Positions 1 to 9,379 of a DNA stretch of 64,000 nt are shown piece by piece; the stretch's first letter is position 1, and each line of letters opens with the position of its first letter. Source of the stretch: an uncultured delta proteobacterium. GTDB taxonomy: Bacteria > Desulfobacterota > Binatia > UBA9968. The notes under the pieces are model-generated. The model worked only from the letters and a program-made list of their open reading frames with translations, ran no database searches and had not been told where the DNA came from. A program made the translations under genes and the position numbers. The stretch is from NCBI GenBank assembly GCA_963804165.1, contig CAWDPO010000043.1:1-64000 (forward strand), in the 5' to 3' direction.

Positions 1-1087
1 GGCCTTCGCGGTATAACTGCAGGGATCGCTTTGCAGCTTGAACTTTGGCCTGCGACTCCCCAACTTGCTTGACGGTCATGTTTCTCAGCGCCTCTCGGTT
101 TGCCCTTGCGCCGCGGATCTCGGCCAGACTTTCTTCGACTTCGTAGTTGCGTCTCCCAGCGGTCCACGGAGAAAAGGGGATAGTGATATTGACCATGGCT
201 CCGTATCGATCTTTCTTCATTTCCGTCGGCATCCGCATATAATCCCACCCCAGCATGAAGTCAGGGTATTTTCGGTTGCGGTCAGCCAATTCGTACATTA
301 TTTCCGCCCGCTCGATCTCTCGCTCCGCCCCTTGCAACTCCGCGCGGTTGGCTAACGCCAAATCATCAAGCGCCGGAACGGTGAGTGTGCTATCCGGCAA
401 TGTAAGATCGGCGGTGATCTGGACCGGCGTTCGCGGCGGGCGATACATGGCGGTGTTGAGCTTCACGGTAGCGACAGTGATTTCTTCTTCCGCGACAATC
501 AATTGATTCAAAACCTGGCTTTGCTCCAACTGCGCCTTGAAAACATCTTGTTGAGTTACTCGTCCGACCCGATAGCGCGCTTCGGTAGCTCCGATGACAG
601 TGCGCAATATCTCCAGCTGTTCGCGAAGAATTTCGATGGATCTTTCCGCCATGAAAAGATCGGCATAGGCCATCTTGACCATCGATATGATCTCTCTCTC
701 CTTGGCGCGAAGGTCTTGTTCGACGATGTTTACTTCCCGTTGGGCAATTTTCTCTTTGAGACCGAGCTTGCCGAAAAAGGGAACCATTTGGCGAATGCCG
801 ATCGAGTTCGTATCCGCCTGGTTGAGGCTGGTCAGGTTGGATAAAGGCACCCCACTTAGCTGGAGCGCAATTTGCGGATCTTCCAGATAGGGAGCTTGCT
901 TTGCTTTGGCGTCTGTGGCGCGCAGCCGGTGCTGGAGCTGTTGAACTTCGGGATTTCTATCGAGCGCATATTTGACGGCTTCCGCGAGAGTTAGCGGCGC
1001 GTCCGAGGCCACGGCAGGCGCGGCAAGCTGAAAAAACAACAGCGGTGGAACTAAGATTCTCCAGACAAATGAAAACTTACTCATCAT
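1..1087 (-). CDS. TolC-family outer-membrane efflux protein (CusC/CzcC-like), 3' end runs off the window
   Basis: Translated by hand because it is absent from the ORF track: MMSKFSFVWRILVPPLLFFQLAAPAVASDAPLTLAEAVKYALDRNPEVQQLQHRL...QMVPFFGKLGLKEKIA. Signal peptide, TolC-type 'LTLxEAVxxALxRNP' start, GGAGG RBS. Confidence 0.85.
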   Translation of the reverse strand, partial: MMSKFSFVWRILVPPLLFFQLAAPAVASDAPLTLAEAVKYALDRNPEVQQLQHRLRATDAKAKQAPYLEDPQIALQLSGVPLSNLTSLNQADTNSIGIRQMVPFFGKLGLKEKIAQREVNIVEQDLRAKEREIISMVKMAYADLFMAERSIEILREQLEILRTVIGATEARYRVGRVTQQDVFKAQLEQSQVLNQLIVAEEEITVATVKLNTAMYRPPRTPVQITADLTLPDSTLTVPALDDLALANRAELQGAEREIERAEIMYELADRNRKYPDFMLGWDYMRMPTEMKKDRYGAMVNITIPFSPWTAGRRNYEVEESLAEIRGARANREALRNMTVKQVGESQAKVQAAKRSLQLYREG

Positions 1088-1203
1088 TCCTCCATAGGTA
1101 GGGTGGCCTATCGGATAAGAATCGTCGCTATAAACATTGCCGCGGTTAACCTGCCAATGCGCAAACGTATGGCGAGACGCCGGTCCGGTATTGAATGAAG
1201 TCT

Positions 1204-1232
1204 AAAAAACGCCTGACAAGACCCGCCAGGCG
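1204..1232 (-). terminator. Intrinsic terminator-like hairpin between leader ORF 1 and tolC
   Basis: Minus strand reads CGCCTG-N11-CAGGCG followed by TTTTTT; the stem can be extended by G-U pairs. Confidence 0.65.
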
Positions 1233-1287
1233 CTTGCTAGACTCCGCCAGCCGCACCGAAGGGCGCGACTAAACGCGGTGCAATTTT

Positions 1288-1686
1288 CTAGATGCGCAAC
1301 TTGGTGCTCAGCACAGCTATGGGAGGATCGGCAGTAGAAAGGAGTCTTGTTCTTGATGAGAGCAGGAAATTTAAAGCAACCGAAACACTGTGAAGCGGGA
1401 GCACGAAAGCTTGTACGGTCAAAACGTGCACAAATTTTACCGTTGGAGAGGGTAGGTATTGAGAGGATAGAGCCTGACACTGATTGTCAGGCTCATGCTT
1501 GTTGCCTTTGTTGCAGTCGTGAGGCTCGCTCGCCGCGGCTGTTTGTAACGCAATCCGCGCTGGAAGAAATCGCTCCGGACAGACGCTACAAAGCGCATAG
1601 AGCGCTAAGAGCGTTAGCGGAACAACTTTATATCCACAAGTCATGTATCTTCGGCGCAGTCTAAAGCGGCGATTTCTGTGTGTCAA
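1288..1686 (-). CDS. Secreted His/Cys-rich protein ending PP..LRI, putative leader peptide 1 (DUF2946-like architecture)
   Basis: Hydrophobic N-region with CSVC, then HDC..H..C, C-terminus DPPIAVLSTKLRI*. Start could be 1644. Confidence 0.6.
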   Translation of the reverse strand: MTHRNRRFRLRRRYMTCGYKVVPLTLLALYALCSVCPERFLPARIALQTAAASEPHDCNKGNKHEPDNQCQALSSQYLPSPTVKFVHVLTVQAFVLPLHSVSVALNFLLSSRTRLLSTADPPIAVLSTKLRI

Positions 1687-1740
1687 CTCAGCCGATCCCG
1701 ATTACAGGAGAAAGTAATACTCGTTGCAACGTGTTCAGCT

Positions 1741-2091
1741 TTACTTCGCTTCCGCCGCCATTTTCCGATGCGACCCGGCCATATTCATGTTTTCCGCTGC
1801 GGCTTGCTCGTAGACGCGAATCAACCCTTGGCAATGGTTCATCAGATCTTGAGCGTGCTTGCCATAAAGATCCTTTTTCGCCTGATATTGGGCAAGCAAC
1901 TTTTTATGCTCCGCCGCCTTTGCCTGCATTTCTTTAGCGGCGTCTTCATAATGCTTTGCTAAGCTTTCGTGGTCGCTACGGGACTTGGCGCTTTGAACCG
2001 CTTGGGTCATGTCCATCGAGTGGGGGTTAATTGTGCAGGAACCCAATAGACCAAACATTGCTATAAGCGCGAGAGACATTATTGCCTTCAT
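1741..2091 (-). CDS. Helical lipoprotein of unknown function, paralog of 12443-12793
   Basis: Lipobox LLGSC; DHESLAKHYE..EHKK..HCQ; AGGAG RBS. Confidence 0.75.
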   Translation of the reverse strand: MKAIMSLALIAMFGLLGSCTINPHSMDMTQAVQSAKSRSDHESLAKHYEDAAKEMQAKAAEHKKLLAQYQAKKDLYGKHAQDLMNHCQGLIRVYEQAAAENMNMAGSHRKMAAEAK

Positions 2092-2190
2092 GATATTCTC
2101 CTTTATACATATTAAATTGGTTTCGAACCCTAAAACACGACGCTCAGTATTCGTCCACTATGTGCCTCACATGATCACCTGCCTCCTTTC

Positions 2191-2844
2191 TTACGCTTCC
2201 TGTCGCCGCCGCGGCGCCCTTAGCCGCGGCAAAAACGCCGGGGTAGAAAGCATGTAACGTTTATAGTTATCATCGAATTCAGCCAGCACCTCCCTTTCTT
2301 CGTGTTGCGCCAGCCGAACGTACATGAACACCAAAACGGGAAACATAATCAACGTGATCAGCGTCGGCCACTGCAATAGAAAGCCCAACATGATGAGAAT
2401 GAAACCGTCGTACTGTGGATGACGCACGTAAGCATACGGGCCCGTCGTCGCCAGCGTGTGCGTCTTCTGAGCTTCGTAAAGCACTTTCCATGCGGCCGAC
2501 AGAAGAATAAATCCTCCGAAGATCAGAACATTGCTCAGGATGTGAAGGGGATCAAAGTGAGGATTGATCTTCCAGCCGAGCAGCGTGTTCAACAGGTGTC
2601 CCGCGTCGTGTGAAAAAAAATCTACTCCCGGATACTTTCGGACCAGCCAACCGGAGAGCAAATAGATCGTTAGTGGAAAACCATACATTTCGACAAAGAG
2701 AGCGACTATGAACGCAGAGAAGGCGCTAAAGGAGCGCCAATCGCGTTTCGTTCGCGGTTTGGAAAAGCTGAAAGCGAAAATGATGAAAATCGCCGAGTTG
2801 ATAATGACCAGGGACCACAATCCGTAGGCCGGTGCTTCCTCCAT
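2191..2844 (-). CDS. Isoprenylcysteine carboxylmethyltransferase (ICMT/PEMT) family membrane protein
   Basis: AYGLWSLVIINSAIF start; LATTGPYAYVRHPQY motif; C-terminal EE..Y..Y...PAF. Commonly found in copper islands. Confidence 0.85.
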   Translation of the reverse strand: MEEAPAYGLWSLVIINSAIFIIFAFSFSKPRTKRDWRSFSAFSAFIVALFVEMYGFPLTIYLLSGWLVRKYPGVDFFSHDAGHLLNTLLGWKINPHFDPLHILSNVLIFGGFILLSAAWKVLYEAQKTHTLATTGPYAYVRHPQYDGFILIMLGFLLQWPTLITLIMFPVLVFMYVRLAQHEEREVLAEFDDNYKRYMLSTPAFLPRLRAPRRRQEA

Positions 2845-2866
2845 GACGTCATCCTCCGATAAAAAT

Positions 2867-3097
2867 TCAGTTATGGTTCTTATGTTCCGGCTTCTCTGAA
2901 CCGCCGTGATCTCCATGCCCACCGTGAAACAGATGCATGAGCGGACAAAGCAGAAATATGAGATAAGGCAGCGCGCCGAGCAGGTGCGCCCGATGCTCAG
3001 TCCAAAGAAAGAATGCCGCGACAGCGGCGAATCCAAGGAACGCCAAGCCACTCCGCGACTTTAACCAACCGATGAAACCCTTTTCCTCTGTTGCCAT
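2867..3097 (-). CDS. DUF2933 family small membrane protein
   Basis: EHRAHLLGALPYLIFLLCPLMHLFHGGHGDHGG signature. Confidence 0.85.
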   Translation of the reverse strand: MATEEKGFIGWLKSRSGLAFLGFAAVAAFFLWTEHRAHLLGALPYLIFLLCPLMHLFHGGHGDHGGSEKPEHKNHN

Positions 3098-3166
3098 TTT
3101 TCTACCTCCTGTTCTGCGACCGCGTTTTTCAAAAACATTCAGCCCTAATCGCACAAGTCCACACTT

Positions 3167-5367
3167 CTACGCTCCTTTTTGACAAGCTCTGAGCAACATC
3201 ATGGATTTTTCCATCATCGCTAACCTGGACCCCACATCAAAGCGGAACGGCTTTTCCGGTTCGTCTCCTCGTGCAGTGTCTACGAGCACCTCCCACAAAT
3301 TTCCCGGATGCGCGTCCGGGAGCACAAATTGAACTTTTTCCGTGCCGGCATTGAACAGAATCAACAGTGTGTCGTCGGTGATCAGTTCGCCCTTGTCGTT
3401 GAATTCGTCCATGGCTAACCCGCAGAGCCGGTAACCAAAAGCTTCGCGCGTCGTATCACGCCACTCACTATTGCTCATTTCCCCGCCGTCTGGTCGAAAC
3501 CATACGAGATCCTTCATGTTGGCATCGCACAGCGGACGCCCTTGAAAGAATTCGCGTCGGTGCAACTCCGGATGCTGCAGGCGTAATCGGATCAGCTTTC
3601 GGGTGAACTCGAGAAGGCATTGACGTTGTGGGTCGATATCCCAGTCGAACCAGGACAGTTCATTATCCTGACAGTACGGGTTGTTGTTACCTTGTTGCGT
3701 TCGACCAACCTCATCCCCCACGCAAAGCATGGGAACCCCTTCGGACACAAGCAAGGTCGTTAGAAAATTACGTGTCTGGCGTTCGCGCAGGGCCAGAACC
3801 GACGGATCATCCGTGGCGCCCTCCGCACCGCAATTCCAGGACAGATTGTCATCGGTCCCGTCGCGATTTTCCTCTCCGTTGGCTTCATTATGTTTACCGT
3901 TGTAGCTGACCAGATCCGCCAGCGTGAAACCATCGTGACAGGTGACAAAGTTGATACTGGCATAGGGCCGGCGGCCGTCGCTTTGATATAGATCGCTCGA
4001 TCCGGTGAGACGGTACGCGAACTGGGACACCTGACCGCGATCGCTTCTCCAGTACTTTCTTACCGTGTCGCGGTACTTTCCGTTCCATTCAGCCCAGCCC
4101 ACCGGAAAGTTCCCGACTTGATATCCACCTTCACCAAGATCCCAGGGTTCAGCGATGAGCTTCACTTGGGAGATCACGGGGTCCTGATGGATGATATCGA
4201 AAAAAGCTCCTAGCCGATCGACTTCATGAAACCCGCGCACCAGAGCCGCGGCAAGATCGAAACGAAAACCATCCACGTGCATCTCGATCACCCAGTAGCG
4301 AAGACTATCCATAATGAGTTGTAACGTGCGCGGATGAATCATGTTGAGCGTATTCCCGCAGCCCGTGTAGTCGACGTAATACCGTGAGTCGGAAGTGAGC
4401 CGATAGTACGCGATGTTATCGACACCGCGAAAACAGAGCGTCGGCCCTAAATGGCTCCCCTCAGCGGTATGGTTGTAAACCACATCAAGGATCACCTCGA
4501 TCCCAGCCCCATGCAGCGCCTTGACCATCTGCTTGAACTCCGTAACCTGCTGGCCAAGCGTCCCGCTGCTCGAATAGCGCGAGTCTGGAGCAAAAAATCC
4601 GATGGAGTTGTAGCCCCAATAGTTTGTCAGCCCGCGCTGCACCAAGTGTCGTTCCGGAACAGAGTGATGGACAGGCATGAGCTCAACCGCGGTGATTCCA
4701 ATCGACCTCAAATAGTCGAGCACAGCGGGAAACATCAACCCCGCAAAGGTTCCTCTAAGCTTTTCGGGTACTGCGGGATGGCGAGCGGTTAAGCCTTTGA
4801 CGTGCGCTTCATAAATAACGGTTTTGTGCCAGGGTGTTCGAGGTGGAGCATCTCCTTCCCAATCGAAGCGCGGATCAATGACAATGCTTTTAGGCATGAA
4901 CGGCGCGCTGTCTCTGCCATCCTTCGATAAATCTGCATCCGGATGCCCACCCTGTAACCATACAGAGCATCGTCCCACTGGATCGTCCCCGATATCGATT
5001 TTCCATAGGGGTCCAAGATGAGCTTGGCAGGATTGAAGCGGTGTCCCTTCTTCGGTTCGTAGGGCCCGTCGACTCGGTACCCATAAAGCTGCCCGTGTTT
5101 TAGGCCGGGTATATATACATGCCACACCAGATCGGTTCTCTCCTCGACGGGAATCCGGGCAATTTGGCGGCGCGTATCCTGATCGTCGAAGAGGCAGAGT
5201 TCCACTGCGCTGGCATGCTCGCTGAAAAACGCAAAGTTAACTCCGTTCCCATCCCAAGTTGCTCCCAATGGATAGGGCTGGCCGCGCCACGCGCGAAAGG
5301 AAAGGTTCTTCACCGCTGAGCCGGCCGCCTCTGGGATCGTCATGTACATTCGGTTCCAACCGCCCAT
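3167..5367 (-). CDS. glgX: Glycogen debranching enzyme GlgX (GH13), one frameshift near 4945
   Basis: [12 protein letters not shown] in the 4789-5367 ORF; [24 protein letters not shown] and LIAEPWD in the 3167-5125 ORF. The frames join at a G-run (GYRVG/HPDAD). Confidence 0.92.
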
Positions 5368-5498
5368 CCATTCTTTCTAGTTCGTCTTACTTCTTCCGAA
5401 CGTCGGGCCGGCTTAACCAGAACACCCGGCCGAGTACCATCGCCGTACCTAGCAAGCTAGACTTGCTTACCGACTCGCCGACCTTATTTTTACCTGCC

Positions 5499-6755
5499 TC
5501 AAAAACCCAGAACTTCCTTGATCAATTTCAATTCATCCCGAATGAGTCGGGGCAGTAAAAAATATGTGCGGACCTTTTCTTGCCCCGCTTTGCCAAACGC
5601 CTTTCTCTCTCCAGCATCCTCTAGAAGCTTCAATACTTGTTTGGCACAGCTTTCAACGTCCTGAACCAGATAATCTTGATACGCTTCAGGAAACTGCATG
5701 GGAATACCACCCGCACGTCCGGCGACAACCGGCTTTCCTTTCCACAGCGCTTCCGACACGACCAATCCAAATCCTTCTTTAAGCGACTTCTGAAGAATCA
5801 CGTCGGCACCTCTTTGAAAGGCGTTTACTTCCATATTTCCTACGCCGGTGAGATTCGTGAACACGTACATGTCTGTGTCTTTTGCTGATTCCGCATTAAT
5901 CGTTTCGAGCATCCGCCAGCCCTCGGGATCATCTCCCGCCATGGCGCCGACCAGCGCGAGTTGAACCTCCGGCCGCTTTTCTTTCACTAACCGATAGGCC
6001 TGGATTACTCCTAACGGGTCCTTCCAGGGATCAAAGCGGGAAACTTGAAGAAGCAGAGGACGATTAAGATCGACGCCGGAATTGGCGACCGCTCTTTTGC
6101 AAAGCTCCTCCGGAAGATCCATGTTTTTGGTGCTAAGAGGGTCGATCGCTGGTGGAATGAACACGGCATATGCGGCTTCGAGGTCCGGCGGACAAAACTC
6201 TTTCATAGTAAAAACGACCGCATCGTATTCTTCGATGAAAGGCTTCAAGAAGCTCCACACGTGACGGTTAGGCTCGGCGCTATCGATATGGCAGCGCCAG
6301 ATCCAGCGCGCGTTGTTTGCTCTGACGAAGTGTTTCAACGCTGCCGGCTGTGGGTCGTGGACAATATAAACGTCGTAAGCCCCTTCAACCATCTCCCCAC
6401 AGGCTCGATTGCGATCGAGGTAGGTTTGCCTGATCGTCTCTGTTAGATCCAGATCTGCGCCTTGCAGGGCGTTGTGAAAAGCCTTGGTCACTTCGAAAAA
6501 AGGCGGGTCACCGTGGATCAATCTCCAATCCGCATTAACTCCCATGGCCTGTAGAATAGGAATCTCTCCACCGAGAAGCTCAGCGACTCCCCCGCCCGCA
6601 GCGGTGGTGTTGATGTGGCAAATGCGAACACCTCTTAGCGAGCGAGCCAATTGCTGCATCTCATCGATCAGCGCATCACCAACCAGAGGCCGGTAATTGT
6701 CCGGATTGGTCGACTGCGCGCAGCAATGGCGCCCGACAACTACTTGGGGAAGCAT
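5499..6755 (-). CDS. treT: Trehalose synthase TreT-like glycosyltransferase (GT4)
   Basis: GGGVAE, HNALQG, VHDPQP, WRCHID, QVSRFDPWKDP and EGFGLVVSEALWK motifs. Confidence 0.85.
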   Translation of the reverse strand: MLPQVVVGRHCCAQSTNPDNYRPLVGDALIDEMQQLARSLRGVRICHINTTAAGGGVAELLGGEIPILQAMGVNADWRLIHGDPPFFEVTKAFHNALQGADLDLTETIRQTYLDRNRACGEMVEGAYDVYIVHDPQPAALKHFVRANNARWIWRCHIDSAEPNRHVWSFLKPFIEEYDAVVFTMKEFCPPDLEAAYAVFIPPAIDPLSTKNMDLPEELCKRAVANSGVDLNRPLLLQVSRFDPWKDPLGVIQAYRLVKEKRPEVQLALVGAMAGDDPEGWRMLETINAESAKDTDMYVFTNLTGVGNMEVNAFQRGADVILQKSLKEGFGLVVSEALWKGKPVVAGRAGGIPMQFPEAYQDYLVQDVESCAKQVLKLLEDAGERKAFGKAGQEKVRTYFLLPRLIRDELKLIKEVLGF

Positions 6756-6888
6756 GAAATCACCTTCTGCATGGACACGGCCTTCTTTCACGCTAACGTG
6801 GTGTTACTGACATCCGATCTCCCTTCAAGCCGTAATAACTTCGGTCCAGTACCGTTGCGGCAACGCATTTCCAAGAAATGCTTGCTAT

Positions 6889-7035
6889 TTAGTTTTGGGC
6901 GTACTTCTCCGGCTCTTTTTCGAACCTCGCCTTACAACTATTGGAACAGAAGTAATACGTCTTGCCTTTATGGGCAGCCGTCCCCGCTGCCGTCTTCTCA
7001 TCGACGTTCATCCCGCAAACCGGATCCTTTGCCAT
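6889..7035 (-). CDS. YHS domain protein (48 aa)
   Basis: Translated by hand: MAKDPVCGMNVDEKTAAGTAAHKGKTYYFCSNSCKARFEKEPEKYAQN*; GGAGG upstream. Confidence 0.9.
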   Translation of the reverse strand: MAKDPVCGMNVDEKTAAGTAAHKGKTYYFCSNSCKARFEKEPEKYAQN

Positions 7036-7103
7036 TTTCGTCCCCTCCGTTTTTGCACATCGTCATTTCAAACTCGGGCGAGAGGTTTAACGAATGTCCG
7101 CCG

Positions 7104-7427
7104 TTACGACGTTAAGTCTCTTTTCCTAGCCTCGAACTCTTCCTTGTTGATTTCTCCGCGTGCGTAACGCTGGCGCAAAATTTCAAGCGCCGAGTCCGCT
7201 CGACTTTCGCGCCCCTGGCCGAGCAGCCAGCGAATCGCAAGGACGATCCCGACAATGATAAGGCCCCAAAACAACAACATCATGAACATCATGCCGAGCC
7301 CCCAAACTCCCCACCACATCGGATGCATTTCCCAGCGCCACTCGTACATGCGCTCCTGGGCCAGGAGGACGGCCGGCTTGCCCAACACGAGCAAACTCGG
7401 CAACCAAGTTTCATAAAACATGATCAA
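7104..7427 (-). CDS. SHOCT-domain membrane protein
   Basis: Trp/Met/Gly-rich TM followed by ALEILRQRYARGEINKEEFE. Confidence 0.85.
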   Translation of the reverse strand: MIMFYETWLPSLLVLGKPAVLLAQERMYEWRWEMHPMWWGVWGLGMMFMMLLFWGLIIVGIVLAIRWLLGQGRESRADSALEILRQRYARGEINKEEFEARKRDLTS

Positions 7428-7440
7428 TCTCCTCTAAGCC

Positions 7441-7878
7441 CTAATTCGCTTTTTTCGCGCCCCTATTCATCCGCTCGGACATCTGCTTCATCATGCCGGA
7501 CATGTCACCCATCATCTTTGACATGTTCCCCATCTCTTCAGATGTCATCTTCCCGCTTCCCATCATCTCGCCCATATTCCCCATCATGCCCGACATGTCG
7601 CCCATCATACCGCCCATGCCTTTCATATCTTCGCTCTTCATCATCCCCTGCCCCTTCATCATCCCACCCATACCCTTTTTCATCTCCATCATTTTGCCGT
7701 GCATCTCCTTCATCTTACTCATGTCCATGCCGCCACCCTGCATCCCCTCCCCCTTCATGGGCATGTCTTTTTTCATCGGCATGCCTTCCTTCGCCGGCAT
7801 CTCCTTTTTCTCTTGAGCCATCAGGGGGAACACGCCGATAGCTCCGGACAATACGATTGCGGTAACTAACTTTTTCAT
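7441..7878 (-). CDS. Secreted extremely Met-rich protein (putative Cu(I)/Ag(I) binder)
   Basis: Signal peptide MKKLVTAIVL..LMA, then dense MxxM/MM repeats. Confidence 0.7.
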   Translation of the reverse strand: MKKLVTAIVLSGAIGVFPLMAQEKKEMPAKEGMPMKKDMPMKGEGMQGGGMDMSKMKEMHGKMMEMKKGMGGMMKGQGMMKSEDMKGMGGMMGDMSGMMGNMGEMMGSGKMTSEEMGNMSKMMGDMSGMMKQMSERMNRGAKKAN

Positions 7879-7912
7879 AACGATCTCCCTTCTTTTATTA
7901 AGTTGTTGATTC

Positions 7913-8170
7913 TCACTTGCCAATGCTCAGACTCGCATTGTGCATCCAGGCGATATACCACCCCGCGATTAGCGCAAAAACTCCAAGTAACACTGCACCC
8001 CATACCATGCTCAGCGGATTTCCCCAGGCAAACCACGGAAGAAGTTCAAACAGCGAGTCATGTAATTCTCTTGCTTTTCCAACAAGCAACGATCCGTAAG
8101 CGAGACACATCACGTAGAATGTTTCTATGCCCAACACACAAAGACCGGCATATTTTCTTTTAGACAACAT
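7913..8170 (-). CDS. Small two-TM membrane protein (DUF5676-like)
   Basis: YVMC..LH..FELLPWFAW..HN pattern. Confidence 0.6.
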   Translation of the reverse strand: MLSKRKYAGLCVLGIETFYVMCLAYGSLLVGKARELHDSLFELLPWFAWGNPLSMVWGAVLLGVFALIAGWYIAWMHNASLSIGK

Positions 8171-8226
8171 GATCCGTAACCTCCTGTCCTAAATGCTCCG
8201 ACAGCACCGAGCAGCTGTTTTCCCGA

Positions 8227-8631
8227 TTACCTATACCAACGAAACGTCCGCTCTTTTTCGCCGGCAACATCTTTGATGACGAGCTCCAGCCATTTTCGCC
8301 GCGTGGACGGTCGAGGGAACGTCAAAATAGCTTCCCGGTGATGGCCGCTGCCCTTGTTTTCGATGCCCGTCGGCTGCAGCAACATGCCGGTGTCATCACG
8401 GAGAATGCTGTTAGCCTTGAGGTCGTAAACGTCCAAATCCACAGAGTGAGTATCCAGGGCCACTAAGAAACGGGATTCATGTTCTGTCTGCGCCAGGTAC
8501 GTCACCTTCACGGTGACACCGCCTGCTGAAACCGTCTGCGTCGCATCGGTGGCTGCGGCACCGAAACTTTCCCCACCTCTTAGAAAACCACCTAAGATCA
8601 GCCCCATTATCAAGATTTTCAGTGTCCTCAT
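8227..8631 (-). CDS. Secreted hypothetical protein with THSVDL and GHHR motifs
   Basis: Signal peptide; His-containing motifs; metal-island context. Confidence 0.6.
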   Translation of the reverse strand: MRTLKILIMGLILGGFLRGGESFGAAATDATQTVSAGGVTVKVTYLAQTEHESRFLVALDTHSVDLDVYDLKANSILRDDTGMLLQPTGIENKGSGHHREAILTFPRPSTRRKWLELVIKDVAGEKERTFRWYR

Positions 8632-8742
8632 CTTCTTTCTCCCTTCGTCGGCCACTGCCCTGTTTAACGATCCCCGAACCCAACCACCAGACTATTTCAC
8701 TCCCAGAAACCAACGATGCCGAAAGATTCGATAGCAGTGATC

Positions 8743-9324
8743 CTATCCTTCGCCTCCGCCTTCACAGAAGCACGATGGTTTCCAAATGTGCTCGGTTCGA
8801 TAGTATTGGATAAGCCGCTCAACGAGCCTTTCCGGATCATTGTCGTAGAGGAGGCACGCTCCGGTGTCTTTGCCCGCGACACGAATAATTTCCTCCACGA
8901 TCTCCGTAATCCCTGCGGTTCCGGTAAGAATACCGATCAGGCGTCCTTCGTCGTAAGCAATTGCCAGTTCCCCAAGCGTACCAGTGCGGCCGCCCGCAAA
9001 CACGACGATGTCGCACGATCGGATATTTGTAATCTCACGTCCCATAAGACCGCTGCCCGTGTAAATTAGAACATCAAAACCGTCGGCCGGAGACCTATAC
9101 TTGCCCTGGTGTTCGTCAATGGAAAGTCCCGGCGAGATACCCACGACAAGTCCAGATTTAGCTTTCGCGCCGCGAACTGCCTCGTAAGGTAAACCCGGAC
9201 ACCCGCCGGTAATTAGTATTGCGTCGTGCTCGGCGATCGCTTCACCAAGTCGATACGCCTTCTCTCTCACTTCGGCGCTTAAGCCGCCGCCGCTTGATCC
9301 CATTACACCGATTGTAAGTTTCAT
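8743..9324 (-). CDS. LOG-family (TIGR00725-like) Rossmann-fold nucleotide-binding protein
   Basis: IGVMGS, ITGGCPG, VVGISPG, GGRTGTLGELAIAY. Confidence 0.85.
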   Translation of the reverse strand: MKLTIGVMGSSGGGLSAEVREKAYRLGEAIAEHDAILITGGCPGLPYEAVRGAKAKSGLVVGISPGLSIDEHQGKYRSPADGFDVLIYTGSGLMGREITNIRSCDIVVFAGGRTGTLGELAIAYDEGRLIGILTGTAGITEIVEEIIRVAGKDTGACLLYDNDPERLVERLIQYYRTEHIWKPSCFCEGGGEG

Positions 9325-9379
9325 TGGTGCTCACCCAAAAGTTCGGCACATGCTGCGTGCGCGAATCGATGATTTATTC

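Noticed and set aside
38-890. Plus-strand ORFs here, and similar shadow ORFs such as 7323-7841, 13010-13756, 19762-20385, 52877-53548 and 56114-56818
   Set aside because: They are antisense to well-supported genes and have no recognisable motifs.
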